Origin: Bacteroidota bacterium
GTDB lineage: Bacteria > Bacteroidota > Bacteroidia > B-17B0 > Aurantibacillaceae
DNA: 61,226 nt
NCBI GenBank assembly: GCA_947487905.1
Contig: CANLAV010000001.1
Span: forward strand, 1 to 61,226
Reading direction: 5' to 3'
In this document: positions 46,806-54,707 of the stretch, one piece after another
Layout: the number at the start of each line of letters is the position of its first letter
Numbering within the stretch: the first letter of the stretch is position 1
Position numbers and translations under genes: made by a program
Notes under the pieces: generated by a model
What the model was told of the DNA's origin: nothing
The model's input: only the letters and a program-made list of their open reading frames with translations
Database searches by the model: none

Positions 46806-47597
46806 ATGGAGAATAACGAATTACAGATACTATCAATTGCTTTACTTGAAGATTTTAAAAAAAATGTTCAAAGTAATTTAGCTGAATTGTTTGAAGCATT
46901 AACAGATGCCGACATGTCAACCGAATCGTTTAGTTTTTATACTTCGGTGTCTTCTGTTTTTTCGAGTAAAATAGAAGGTGAAGACATTGAATTAGACAGT
47001 TATATCAAACATAAAAAATTCGGTATCGCGTTTTTACCTGATTATACTAAGAAAATCGATGATTTATATAATGCTTACACATTTGCAAAATATAATGCTT
47101 TAAACAAAAAACATATTTCTGAAGCACATCAATTATTAAGTAAACATATTTTAGCAGTTCATAGTCAAGGTAAACTTAGAACGCAAAATATGTATGTTTC
47201 AACTCCAGATGGAAAAATTGAATACGTTGCCGCTGCGCCATTTGAGGTTCCAAGCGAAATGGAAAAATTTTATCATGATATTGAAGTGTTACTAAAATCA
47301 AATTTATCGGTAGAAGAAACATTTTATTTTGCATCCATGATTCATCTTGTGTTTGTGAAAATACACCCTTGGAATGATGGTAATGGCAGAAGTGCCCGTT
47401 TACTTGAAAAGTGGTTTCTTGCCCAAAAACTTGGTGATAAGGCTTGGTTTATTCAAAGTGAAAAGAATTATTATAAAAATCATCAAAACTATTATAAAAA
47501 CATTCGATTGTTAGGTTTAGAATATTTGGAACTCGATTATTTACAATCTTTACCATTTTTATTAATGCTTCCTAACTCTTTGAACAATACATATTAA
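46806..47597 (+). CDS. Fic-domain protein (probable AMPylase) with an N-terminal intramolecular inhibitory motif
   Basis: Fic core HPWNDGNGRSAR (HxFx[D/E]GNGRxxR with W for F). SSKIEG matches the [S/T]xxxE[G/N] alpha-inh motif N-terminal to the core. Confidence 0.85.
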   Translation: MENNELQILSIALLEDFKKNVQSNLAELFEALTDADMSTESFSFYTSVSSVFSSKIEGEDIELDSYIKHKKFGIAFLPDYTKKIDDLYNAYTFAKYNALNKKHISEAHQLLSKHILAVHSQGKLRTQNMYVSTPDGKIEYVAAAPFEVPSEMEKFYHDIEVLLKSNLSVEETFYFASMIHLVFVKIHPWNDGNGRSARLLEKWFLAQKLGDKAWFIQSEKNYYKNHQNYYKNIRLLGLEYLELDYLQSLPFLLMLPNSLNNTY

Positions 47598-47608
47598 TTA
47601 TCAATTGT

Positions 47609-47639
47609 TTCAGCCTTTAGTGCTGTTCTCACCAACAAG
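47609..47639 (+). repeat. Decayed copy of the TTCAGCC-hairpin element
   Basis: TTCAGCCTTTAGTGCTGTTCTCACCAACAAG compared with 48961 TTCAGCCATTGTTGGTGTCATCACCAACAAT. The right arm is intact and the left arm is mutated. Confidence 0.6.
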
Positions 47640-47736
47640 TTTAATTTATATTATTAGTGTTCTATTGCAATAAATAATTCATTAAACATACTTCAGTATT
47701 TTATAGTTGCTAGTGAAAACACGAGCAATGGCAAAT

Positions 47737-47784
47737 GAAGAAGCATTAAAAATAATTCTATTCAAACATTTATTTTTTTTAAAA
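47737..47784 (+). repeat. Right copy of the ~48-bp imperfect direct repeat
   Basis: See 46712..46759. In the homologous phase it reads ...M K K H stop, against ...T K K H stop in the intact gene. Confidence 0.8.
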
Positions 47785-47947
47785 GTCAAGCATAGCGTTA
47801 ATAAATATTACGATATAGTTTTGATTAGTAATTAAGTGCATTTAATTTTGGCACAGTTATTGTTTAGTATTTTTCTTTAATATAAGTTATTGGCAAGTTT
47901 AAAGCCGAAACCTTAAAGTGATTATTTAACAATTTAAAACAAAAAAA

Positions 47948-48424
47948 ATGTACAAAAACTTTAACCCAACCCCAGATGGTGGTTACACTTTGAAAAAGCA
48001 AGGAATGATTTCAACCGTTTTAATAGGAGTCGTTTTAATGGCAATCTCTATCGGAAGTCTAATGTCTTATATAAAAACAAGTCAAGGCAATTTTTTGTTA
48101 TACACGTTATTGTTTTTAGCATTTGGACTATTTATTTTTTGGCGCAGTACAAGACAATTTATAATTTATCCCAATCAGAAATTTTTTAAGTATTCTAAAG
48201 GTTTAGGCGTTGGATTTCAAGAATTTAGATTTGACGAATTAGATGGTGTTACACAAGAAAAAATGAAAAACGAATATGGTTTTACCCTTTCTACTACTCT
48301 TCTTCTTGGATTTGAAAAGAATGGCAAACAAAGTAAAATCCTTTTAGGACAAAATATTTCTGCTAAAACTATGCGAGGCATAAACGAAGAAATTAACCTC
48401 ATAATGTCAAATGAACAGGCCTAA
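47948..48424 (+). CDS. Hypothetical 2-TM membrane protein with a ~85-aa C-terminal soluble domain
   Basis: Two hydrophobic helices (ISTVLIGVVLMAISIGSLMSYI, FLLYTLLFLAFGLFIFW) followed by a charged domain. No known motif. Confidence 0.55.
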   Translation: MYKNFNPTPDGGYTLKKQGMISTVLIGVVLMAISIGSLMSYIKTSQGNFLLYTLLFLAFGLFIFWRSTRQFIIYPNQKFFKYSKGLGVGFQEFRFDELDGVTQEKMKNEYGFTLSTTLLLGFEKNGKQSKILLGQNISAKTMRGINEEINLIMSNEQA

Positions 48425-48435
48425 TAGTTTTATAT

Positions 48436-48948
48436 ATGTCGAATTATTTTAATTTAAAAAAAACGGATCATTCTATATCTTATGAACCTTATTTATATGA
48501 TTCACTAAATGGAAAAGGTCCCTTGGTAATTGGAATTGCTTCTTTAGTTATTGGGTTATTCGTTTCTTTATTTTCTATATGGAAAGATGGTGTTTATTTA
48601 GGTTTGATTTTTGGTAGTATTTGCATTATAGTTGGATTGTATCGATTATTAATAAAAAATAAAACGGTACTTGAATTTGATAGACTAACTGATGGTTTAT
48701 ATAGAACTACACCACTTGGAAAAAAGAAAATAATTGCATTGAGCAATATTTATGACATCATTACCATGTCTGAATATAGTAGTTATACTTATGATATCAC
48801 GCACAAAGATAAACCAAGTGCTAAGAGTATTGAAATAACAGCTTGTATAAGCGAAAATATATTGTCTAATCCTGAAATTGTTTTTTTGAAAAGTGAATTA
48901 ATTCCAACTTTAATTAACTTTTTACAATTAGAATATCGAAAAATATAA
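48436..48948 (+). CDS. Hypothetical 2-TM membrane protein with the same architecture as the upstream ORF
   Basis: PLVIGIASLVIGLFVSLFSIW and VYLGLIFGSICIIVGLY are followed by a ~95-aa domain. 11 nt downstream of the previous ORF, so a likely operon. Confidence 0.55.
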   Translation: MSNYFNLKKTDHSISYEPYLYDSLNGKGPLVIGIASLVIGLFVSLFSIWKDGVYLGLIFGSICIIVGLYRLLIKNKTVLEFDRLTDGLYRTTPLGKKKIIALSNIYDIITMSEYSSYTYDITHKDKPSAKSIEITACISENILSNPEIVFLKSELIPTLINFLQLEYRKI

Positions 48949-48960
48949 ATATAAAATTTT

Positions 48961-48991
48961 TTCAGCCATTGTTGGTGTCATCACCAACAAT
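48961..48991. repeat. Perfect 10-bp hairpin element TTCAGCC-ATTGTTGGTG-TCAT-CACCAACAAT between convergent genes
   Basis: Stem 48968..48977 / 48982..48991. The flanking T-run lies 5' and the A-run 3', which is the wrong way round for a canonical terminator on either strand. Confidence 0.7.
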
Positions 48992-48997
48992 TAAAAA

Positions 48998-50302
48998 CTA
49001 CCTTAAAATCACTAAACGGTTGGCGTCTAGTTTTATAAAAATAAATAATAAAATAGTAAAGGACCAAAGTGAAGAACCTCCGTAGCTAAAGAATGGTAGA
49101 GGAATTCCAATAACAGGCATTAAGCCAATCGTCATACCAACATTAACTGCCAAGTGAAAAAATAGAACAGAGGCTACGCCATAACCGTAAATTCTACTAA
49201 ACGGAGAACGTTGCCGTTCGGCCATAAAAATAACTCGTAAAATTAAAAACAGTTCTAAAATAATAACTGCTGAAGAGCCTACAAAACCCCATTCTTCGCC
49301 TACTGTACAAAAAATAAAATCCGTGTCTTGTTCTGGAACAAAATCATATTTAGTTTGTGTTCCTTGCAAATATCCTTTACCAAAAAAACCACCTGAGCCA
49401 ATGGCTATTTTTGCTTGATTCACATTGTATCCTTCTTTTTTCAAATTCACGGTCCCTCTTCCTAATAGAACATCAATACGAACGCGCTGGTGATCTTCTA
49501 AATGATTGTAAACGTAGTTTGTTCCAAACACCACACCGCAAGCGGTAATTAAAATCGTAGAAATAATGATGATGTTTTTTCGATTGCGTTTCACAAACAA
49601 TAATGATAAGGCTGCAATACAACTTAATATAATCATTAAGGTATTTTGATCCATCACTAAGGATAATACAAACAACAAAGCAGAAAATAAACCAAAAATT
49701 AAAAAGTTGACAGACAATCCTTCGCGGTAAAGTGTGATGATAAAGGCAACAAATACAATAGCTAGTCCAGTTTCATCTTGCAGTAATTTAATAATGATTA
49801 AAGGCAAGCCTAAAAAAATGGCGGCAATAATTGTGTTTTGATAATTTTTAAGAATATCACTGAGTTTATTTCTTCTCGATTCTTGCACTTCAATATTGAC
49901 ATTACTTAAAAATTTGGCTAGCGCTAAGTTGGTTGCAAATTTCATAAACTCGGCTGGTTGCACACCAAAGTCACCAAAACGAAACCAAGAACGACTCCCT
50001 TTTACTTCCCTACCAAGGTATGGAACGGCAATACATGCTAATAGAAGTATTACATAAAACACATAAGCAAATACCGTAAAAAATCCTGCATCAATAATTA
50101 AAATAAAAACAGCAATGAGTGCAGCTGAAGAAATCCAAATTAATTGTTTTCCATATTTTTGGGTCGTATCAAAAATGTTTTGATGATCTTCATTGTAAAC
50201 AGCCGCATAAATATTTAACCAGCCCATCAACACTAATAGTGCATAAGTCAATACCGTTATTTTATCGACACCAAAAAATAAACTGTGTTCTTGTTTTCTC
50301 AT
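48998..50302 (-). CDS. rodA: Peptidoglycan glycosyltransferase RodA (SEDS family)
   Basis: Polytopic. GSRSWF, PAEFMK and EQDTDFIF SEDS motifs. Position after mrdA. Confidence 0.9.
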   Translation of the reverse strand: MRKQEHSLFFGVDKITVLTYALLVLMGWLNIYAAVYNEDHQNIFDTTQKYGKQLIWISSAALIAVFILIIDAGFFTVFAYVFYVILLLACIAVPYLGREVKGSRSWFRFGDFGVQPAEFMKFATNLALAKFLSNVNIEVQESRRNKLSDILKNYQNTIIAAIFLGLPLIIIKLLQDETGLAIVFVAFIITLYREGLSVNFLIFGLFSALLFVLSLVMDQNTLMIILSCIAALSLLFVKRNRKNIIIISTILITACGVVFGTNYVYNHLEDHQRVRIDVLLGRGTVNLKKEGYNVNQAKIAIGSGGFFGKGYLQGTQTKYDFVPEQDTDFIFCTVGEEWGFVGSSAVIILELFLILRVIFMAERQRSPFSRIYGYGVASVLFFHLAVNVGMTIGLMPVIGIPLPFFSYGGSSLWSFTILLFIFIKLDANRLVILR

Positions 50303-50311
50303 GGTAATTAA

Positions 50312-52168
50312 TTAGTGATGGCCAGAACCTAATAAATTTTTTCTATTAATTAAATCTGCTTCTATCAATCTTTTTTCAAGATCAGGACGTGTTACTTTTC
50401 CTGTTAAATATTTCTCAACGATTAAACTCACAATAGGTGCGCTCCATGTGCCACCAAATCCCGCATTTTCAACCAAACACACAATGGCAATTTTAGGATT
50501 GTAACGTGGTGCAAAGCAGGAAAAAACGGCATGCGAATCTCCGTGTGGATTTTCGGCTGTTCCTGTTTTGCCACAAGCAACAATGCCTGGTATACGAGAG
50601 GCATATCCTGTTCCAGCATCAAAACATTGTTGCATACCATCATGCACGTTGTCATATGCTACTTGATTTTGCACATACGTAAAACGTTTTTCTTTAAAGC
50701 GAGGATCTAATTTTTTTTCTAATCCAACGCCTTTGATGCAATGTGGTGTGTAATAAAAACCTCTGTTTGCAATAGAAGCCACAACGTTAGCCATTTGCAA
50801 AGGAACCAAGGTTAATTCAGCTTGTCCAATTCCTAAGGAAACAACCGTATTGCTTCGCCAATGATTTTTTCCAAAAACTTTATTGTAATACTCTACGGAT
50901 GGCACATTACCTGGTTTGTCATACGGTAAATCAGTTCCTAGTTTTGTGTTAGGTCCAAATGAACGAACGGCATCACGCCAATGATTATAGCCATCTTCAA
51001 ATTTCGGATATTTTTTTTGATCAACAATTTCTCTAAACACATAACTGTAATAAGAGTTACAAGAGGTTGCAATAGATCCAGTTAAATCAACACCAGGATG
51101 AGCATGGCATCTTGGGTGTCCACCCATTGGCGGATAACCACGATTACATGGAAAAGACGTTGATCGTGAAATTAAATTATCTTGTTGTGCAATTAAGGCA
51201 TCAATCAATTTAAAGGTTGAACCTGGTGGATACATGGCCATTAATGCGCGATTAAAAAGTGGTCTATTAATGGAATCGTAATACAGTTTGGTGAAATTTC
51301 GAGAACGTTCTTTTCCACCTACTAATAAATTGGGATCATAACCAGGGCTTGAAACTAAACACAATATTTCTCCTGATTGTGGATCGATGGCTACAATGGC
51401 ACCGCGTTTACCCGTCATTAATTTTTCACCATATTCTTGCATATCAATATCAATGCTGCTATACAAGGCTTTACCAGGCTTTGCCAATGTATCGTAAAGT
51501 CCATCCATAAAACGACCTTTCGTTTTATTATGCACATCCACCATAACAATTTGAGTTCCTTTTTTTCCTCTCAACTCTTCTTCGTATGATCGTTCAATAC
51601 CTGATATGCCGATGTAATCACCTTCTTTGTAATAATTATCTTTTGCTGCTTTATCTTTACTAACCTCCCCCACATAACCAAGTAAATGGGCTGCAATGGG
51701 GCGTGGGTATTTTCTTACATTTCTCGATTGAAGATCAAAGCCTTTGAATCGATATAATTTTTCTTGAAGGGCTGCGTAAATTTTAGGTGATAATTGTTTT
51801 TCGAAAATACTTTCTTTACGCGGCGAATTAGGCGCTTGCGTTGCTTTTTTCATTCTACGTAAAAACTCTGTTTTTGTAATTTCTAAAATTTTACAAAGCG
51901 CCATGGTGTCACAATTCTTTGCCAATTTTGGTGTAATCAATAAGTCGTAAGACGGTTCGTTAAAAACAAGTAGTTTGCCATTTCTGTCGTAAATATAACC
52001 TCTTACAGGGTATTCAGTCCGATATCTAAACGCATTGTTACGTGCATCTAATTTATATTGGTCGTCAACGATTTGTAAATAGAAAAGTCGTGAAATATAA
52101 ATGATAGCAACAACAATAAAAAATGTGGAGATGATGATTTTTCTTTCTGATAAATTTGATTGATACAT
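50312..52168 (-). CDS. mrdA: Penicillin-binding protein 2
   Basis: SxxK (PGSTFKL), SxN (SCNSYY), KTGTA. N-terminal TM. Confidence 0.92.
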   Translation of the reverse strand: MYQSNLSERKIIISTFFIVVAIIYISRLFYLQIVDDQYKLDARNNAFRYRTEYPVRGYIYDRNGKLLVFNEPSYDLLITPKLAKNCDTMALCKILEITKTEFLRRMKKATQAPNSPRKESIFEKQLSPKIYAALQEKLYRFKGFDLQSRNVRKYPRPIAAHLLGYVGEVSKDKAAKDNYYKEGDYIGISGIERSYEEELRGKKGTQIVMVDVHNKTKGRFMDGLYDTLAKPGKALYSSIDIDMQEYGEKLMTGKRGAIVAIDPQSGEILCLVSSPGYDPNLLVGGKERSRNFTKLYYDSINRPLFNRALMAMYPPGSTFKLIDALIAQQDNLISRSTSFPCNRGYPPMGGHPRCHAHPGVDLTGSIATSCNSYYSYVFREIVDQKKYPKFEDGYNHWRDAVRSFGPNTKLGTDLPYDKPGNVPSVEYYNKVFGKNHWRSNTVVSLGIGQAELTLVPLQMANVVASIANRGFYYTPHCIKGVGLEKKLDPRFKEKRFTYVQNQVAYDNVHDGMQQCFDAGTGYASRIPGIVACGKTGTAENPHGDSHAVFSCFAPRYNPKIAIVCLVENAGFGGTWSAPIVSLIVEKYLTGKVTRPDLEKRLIEADLINRKNLLGSGHH

Positions 52169-52686
52169 TATTTCACTTTATTTGATTTATAAAATAAAAA
52201 TTGAAGAATGTAAACAAAGATAAACGTGCTAATCGAACTAATGAAAACACGTAAGAGCGTTCTGAAAAATTCGTTGAATCGAAAAATTTCGATGTAAAAA
52301 ACAAATAGGTGATGGATGAAAATAATAGTTAACGCGTAGGTTATAAACCATGCAGAACCCATGCTGTCAATAGTAGGTGTTAAGCCTACATCATATCCTT
52401 CGCGAGGAGATAATAGTTTTAGAATATAATACCTCAAAAATCCAATAACCGTGCAAGCTGCGGCGTGCATGCCTGCGGTGTCGTAAAACATATCTATGGT
52501 TAAACCTGTTAGAAATGCTAAAATTAAGACCAATAGTTTTGGCGTTTCAAATGGAAGAATTAAAATAAATAAAACATAGGGAAATAAAATAAAGTATGAC
52601 CCTAATCGAATGTTTTGTACAATAAGTACTTGCAATAGAATTAGAATTAAGAAACGAAAACTATTTTTTAAAATATTATTTATCAC
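52168..52686 (-). CDS. mreD: Rod shape-determining protein MreD
   Basis: 172-aa polytopic membrane protein between mreC and mrdA. Overlaps both neighbours. Confidence 0.75.
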   Translation of the reverse strand: MINNILKNSFRFLILILLQVLIVQNIRLGSYFILFPYVLFILILPFETPKLLVLILAFLTGLTIDMFYDTAGMHAAACTVIGFLRYYILKLLSPREGYDVGLTPTIDSMGSAWFITYALTIIFIHHLFVFYIEIFRFNEFFRTLLRVFISSISTFIFVYILQFLFYKSNKVK

Positions 52687-53515
52687 CTTGCGTTTGTGTT
52701 TTAATTTCTAAACTATCTTTTTCTGTTTTATAGATATACTTAATAACCGAAACATGATTCAGTTTTTTGAAGTCAGGATTTAATTTAATCTTCACTGTAT
52801 AAAACGATTCATTTTGTCTTCTTTCGTGACTGTCTACAAAACCTACTAAAATACCTTCAGGGAAAATGCCTGACAATGAACTGGTAATCACACTATCCCC
52901 TTTTTTTAATCTAGCATGTGTTGGGATATCAATTAAGTTACAATATTTATAATCTAAACCTTCCCAAAGTAAAGTGCCATTGATGCCTTCTTTTTTTAGT
53001 TTGCAAGGAACAATAACATCTTTGTGTAAGACAGACATGACTGATGAATAATTTTCTGAAACTGCTTTTACAACACCCACAATACCTTCACTATTAATCA
53101 CTGCCATGTCTTGTGAGATTCCTTGGTTAGAGCCAATGTTTAAGGTTAGATAATTATTCCGTTTGTTTACAGTGTTATTAATCACCTTAGCATTGATAAA
53201 TTCAAATTCTTGCCTGTATAATGTATCGTTTTGTTTATAATTTTTTAAGGATAGAATAGCGAATCCAAGTTTTGTTTGATTCTTTAAAATATTATTTTCT
53301 TTTGCTAAGCGATCATTTTCTTCTTTAAGTTGCAAGTATTCTTTGGCGTTTGCAGTAAACTGGTATACATTAGCACTTAGTTCATTTGACGAATTAATCA
53401 ACTGTGAACCTTGGTAACCTTTGTTTTTAGAAATAATAACAATGCAACAAATTTCAAGAATTAAAAAAATAAAAAAGAAATTATTCCTGTATAAAAAAGC
53501 AAATATATTATTCAT
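52676..53515 (-). CDS. mreC: Rod shape-determining protein MreC
   Basis: N-terminal TM, a coiled coil (LKEENDRLAKENNILK) and a beta-rich C-terminus. Immediately downstream of mreB. Confidence 0.85.
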   Translation of the reverse strand: MNNIFAFLYRNNFFFIFLILEICCIVIISKNKGYQGSQLINSSNELSANVYQFTANAKEYLQLKEENDRLAKENNILKNQTKLGFAILSLKNYKQNDTLYRQEFEFINAKVINNTVNKRNNYLTLNIGSNQGISQDMAVINSEGIVGVVKAVSENYSSVMSVLHKDVIVPCKLKKEGINGTLLWEGLDYKYCNLIDIPTHARLKKGDSVITSSLSGIFPEGILVGFVDSHERRQNESFYTVKIKLNPDFKKLNHVSVIKYIYKTEKDSLEIKTQTQGDK

Positions 53516-53606
53516 TTCTATTTATTTATTTCACCAATTAAAATTTTAATACAAACAAAAAATTGAGTTGATTAATTTTAATCTAAAGTAAAATGAAACT
53601 AGCTAT

Positions 53607-54629
53607 TTATTTTATTAAGAATGGGAATTTGTGAACATTATTAAGTGCAATACCTGTACCTCTTGCTACGGCTCTTAAAGGATCATCACAAACATGGACG
53701 GATAATTTCGTTTTTAATGAAATACGTTTATCTAGCCCACGAAGTAATGAGCCACCACCAGCCATGAAAATACCTTTACGGTATATGTCTGCAGCTAATT
53801 CAGGAGGAGTCATTTCTAAGGCATTTAAAATAGCTTCTTCAATTTTTGCAATAGATTTATCTAAGCAATGTGCAATTTCAACATAACTTACAAATACCTC
53901 TTTTGGGATTCCACTCATTAAATCTCTTCCTTGAACGGCGTAATCCGCAGGAGGATTATCAATTTCTGTCATAGCTGCACCAACTTCAATTTTCACTTGT
54001 TCCGCACTTCTTTCTCCAATTAAAATATTGTGTTGACGACGCATGTATTCTTCAATATTGGCATTGAAATCATCACCTGCAATACGAATTGATTTATCAC
54101 AAACGATACCTCCTAGTGCCATTACAGCAATTTCAGAAGTTCCACCACCAATATCAATAATCATATTTCCAACTGGTTCTTCTACATCAATACCCATTCC
54201 TATGGCTGCTGCCATTGGTTCATGAATCAAATACACTTCTTTTGCTCCAGCGTGTTCTGCACTATCTCTTACCGCACGTTTTTCAACTTCAGTAATTCCA
54301 CTTGGAATACAAATAACCATTCTTAATGATGGTTTAAAAAATTTATTTCCGGTATTAATCATTTTGATCATACCTTTTATCATTTCTTCTGCAGCTTGAA
54401 AATCGGCAATTACTCCGTCTTTCAAAGGACGAATGGTTTTAATATTTTCATGGGTTTTACCATGCATCATTTGGGCTTGTTTTCCAACAGCAATTACTTT
54501 TCCTGTTGTTCTATCCACGGCCACAATACTTGGTTGATCAACTACTACTTTATCATTATGAATGATAATGGTGTTGGCCGTTCCTAAGTCAATGGCTATA
54601 TCTTGTGTTAAAAAATCAAATAATCCCAT
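53607..54629 (-). CDS. mreB: Rod shape-determining protein MreB
   Basis: IAIDLGTANT and DIGGGTSEIAV are actin-fold phosphate motifs. 340 aa. Confidence 0.95.
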   Translation of the reverse strand: MGLFDFLTQDIAIDLGTANTIIIHNDKVVVDQPSIVAVDRTTGKVIAVGKQAQMMHGKTHENIKTIRPLKDGVIADFQAAEEMIKGMIKMINTGNKFFKPSLRMVICIPSGITEVEKRAVRDSAEHAGAKEVYLIHEPMAAAIGMGIDVEEPVGNMIIDIGGGTSEIAVMALGGIVCDKSIRIAGDDFNANIEEYMRRQHNILIGERSAEQVKIEVGAAMTEIDNPPADYAVQGRDLMSGIPKEVFVSYVEIAHCLDKSIAKIEEAILNALEMTPPELAADIYRKGIFMAGGGSLLRGLDKRISLKTKLSVHVCDDPLRAVARGTGIALNNVHKFPFLIK

Positions 54630-54707
54630 ATTCAGTTTAATGTTTTTTAGTTTAAATGCTTGTGCAGATGGTTACTTAAATCTACGAAAATTTTGTAAAA
54701 TATTATA

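Noticed and set aside
47728-47835. 35-aa ORF (MANEEALKIILFKHLFFLKVKHSVNKYYDIVLISN) in the fic / 2-TM intergenic gap
   Set aside because: It starts inside the right direct-repeat copy, sits in AT-rich sequence and has no supporting signal, so it is most likely chance.
46806-48948. Fic plus downstream genes as a classical Fic toxin / antitoxin module
   Set aside because: The inhibitory [S/T]xxxE[G/N] motif is inside Fic itself. The downstream ORFs are membrane proteins separated by 350 bp and lack that motif. The region is kept only as a low-confidence neighbourhood hypothesis.
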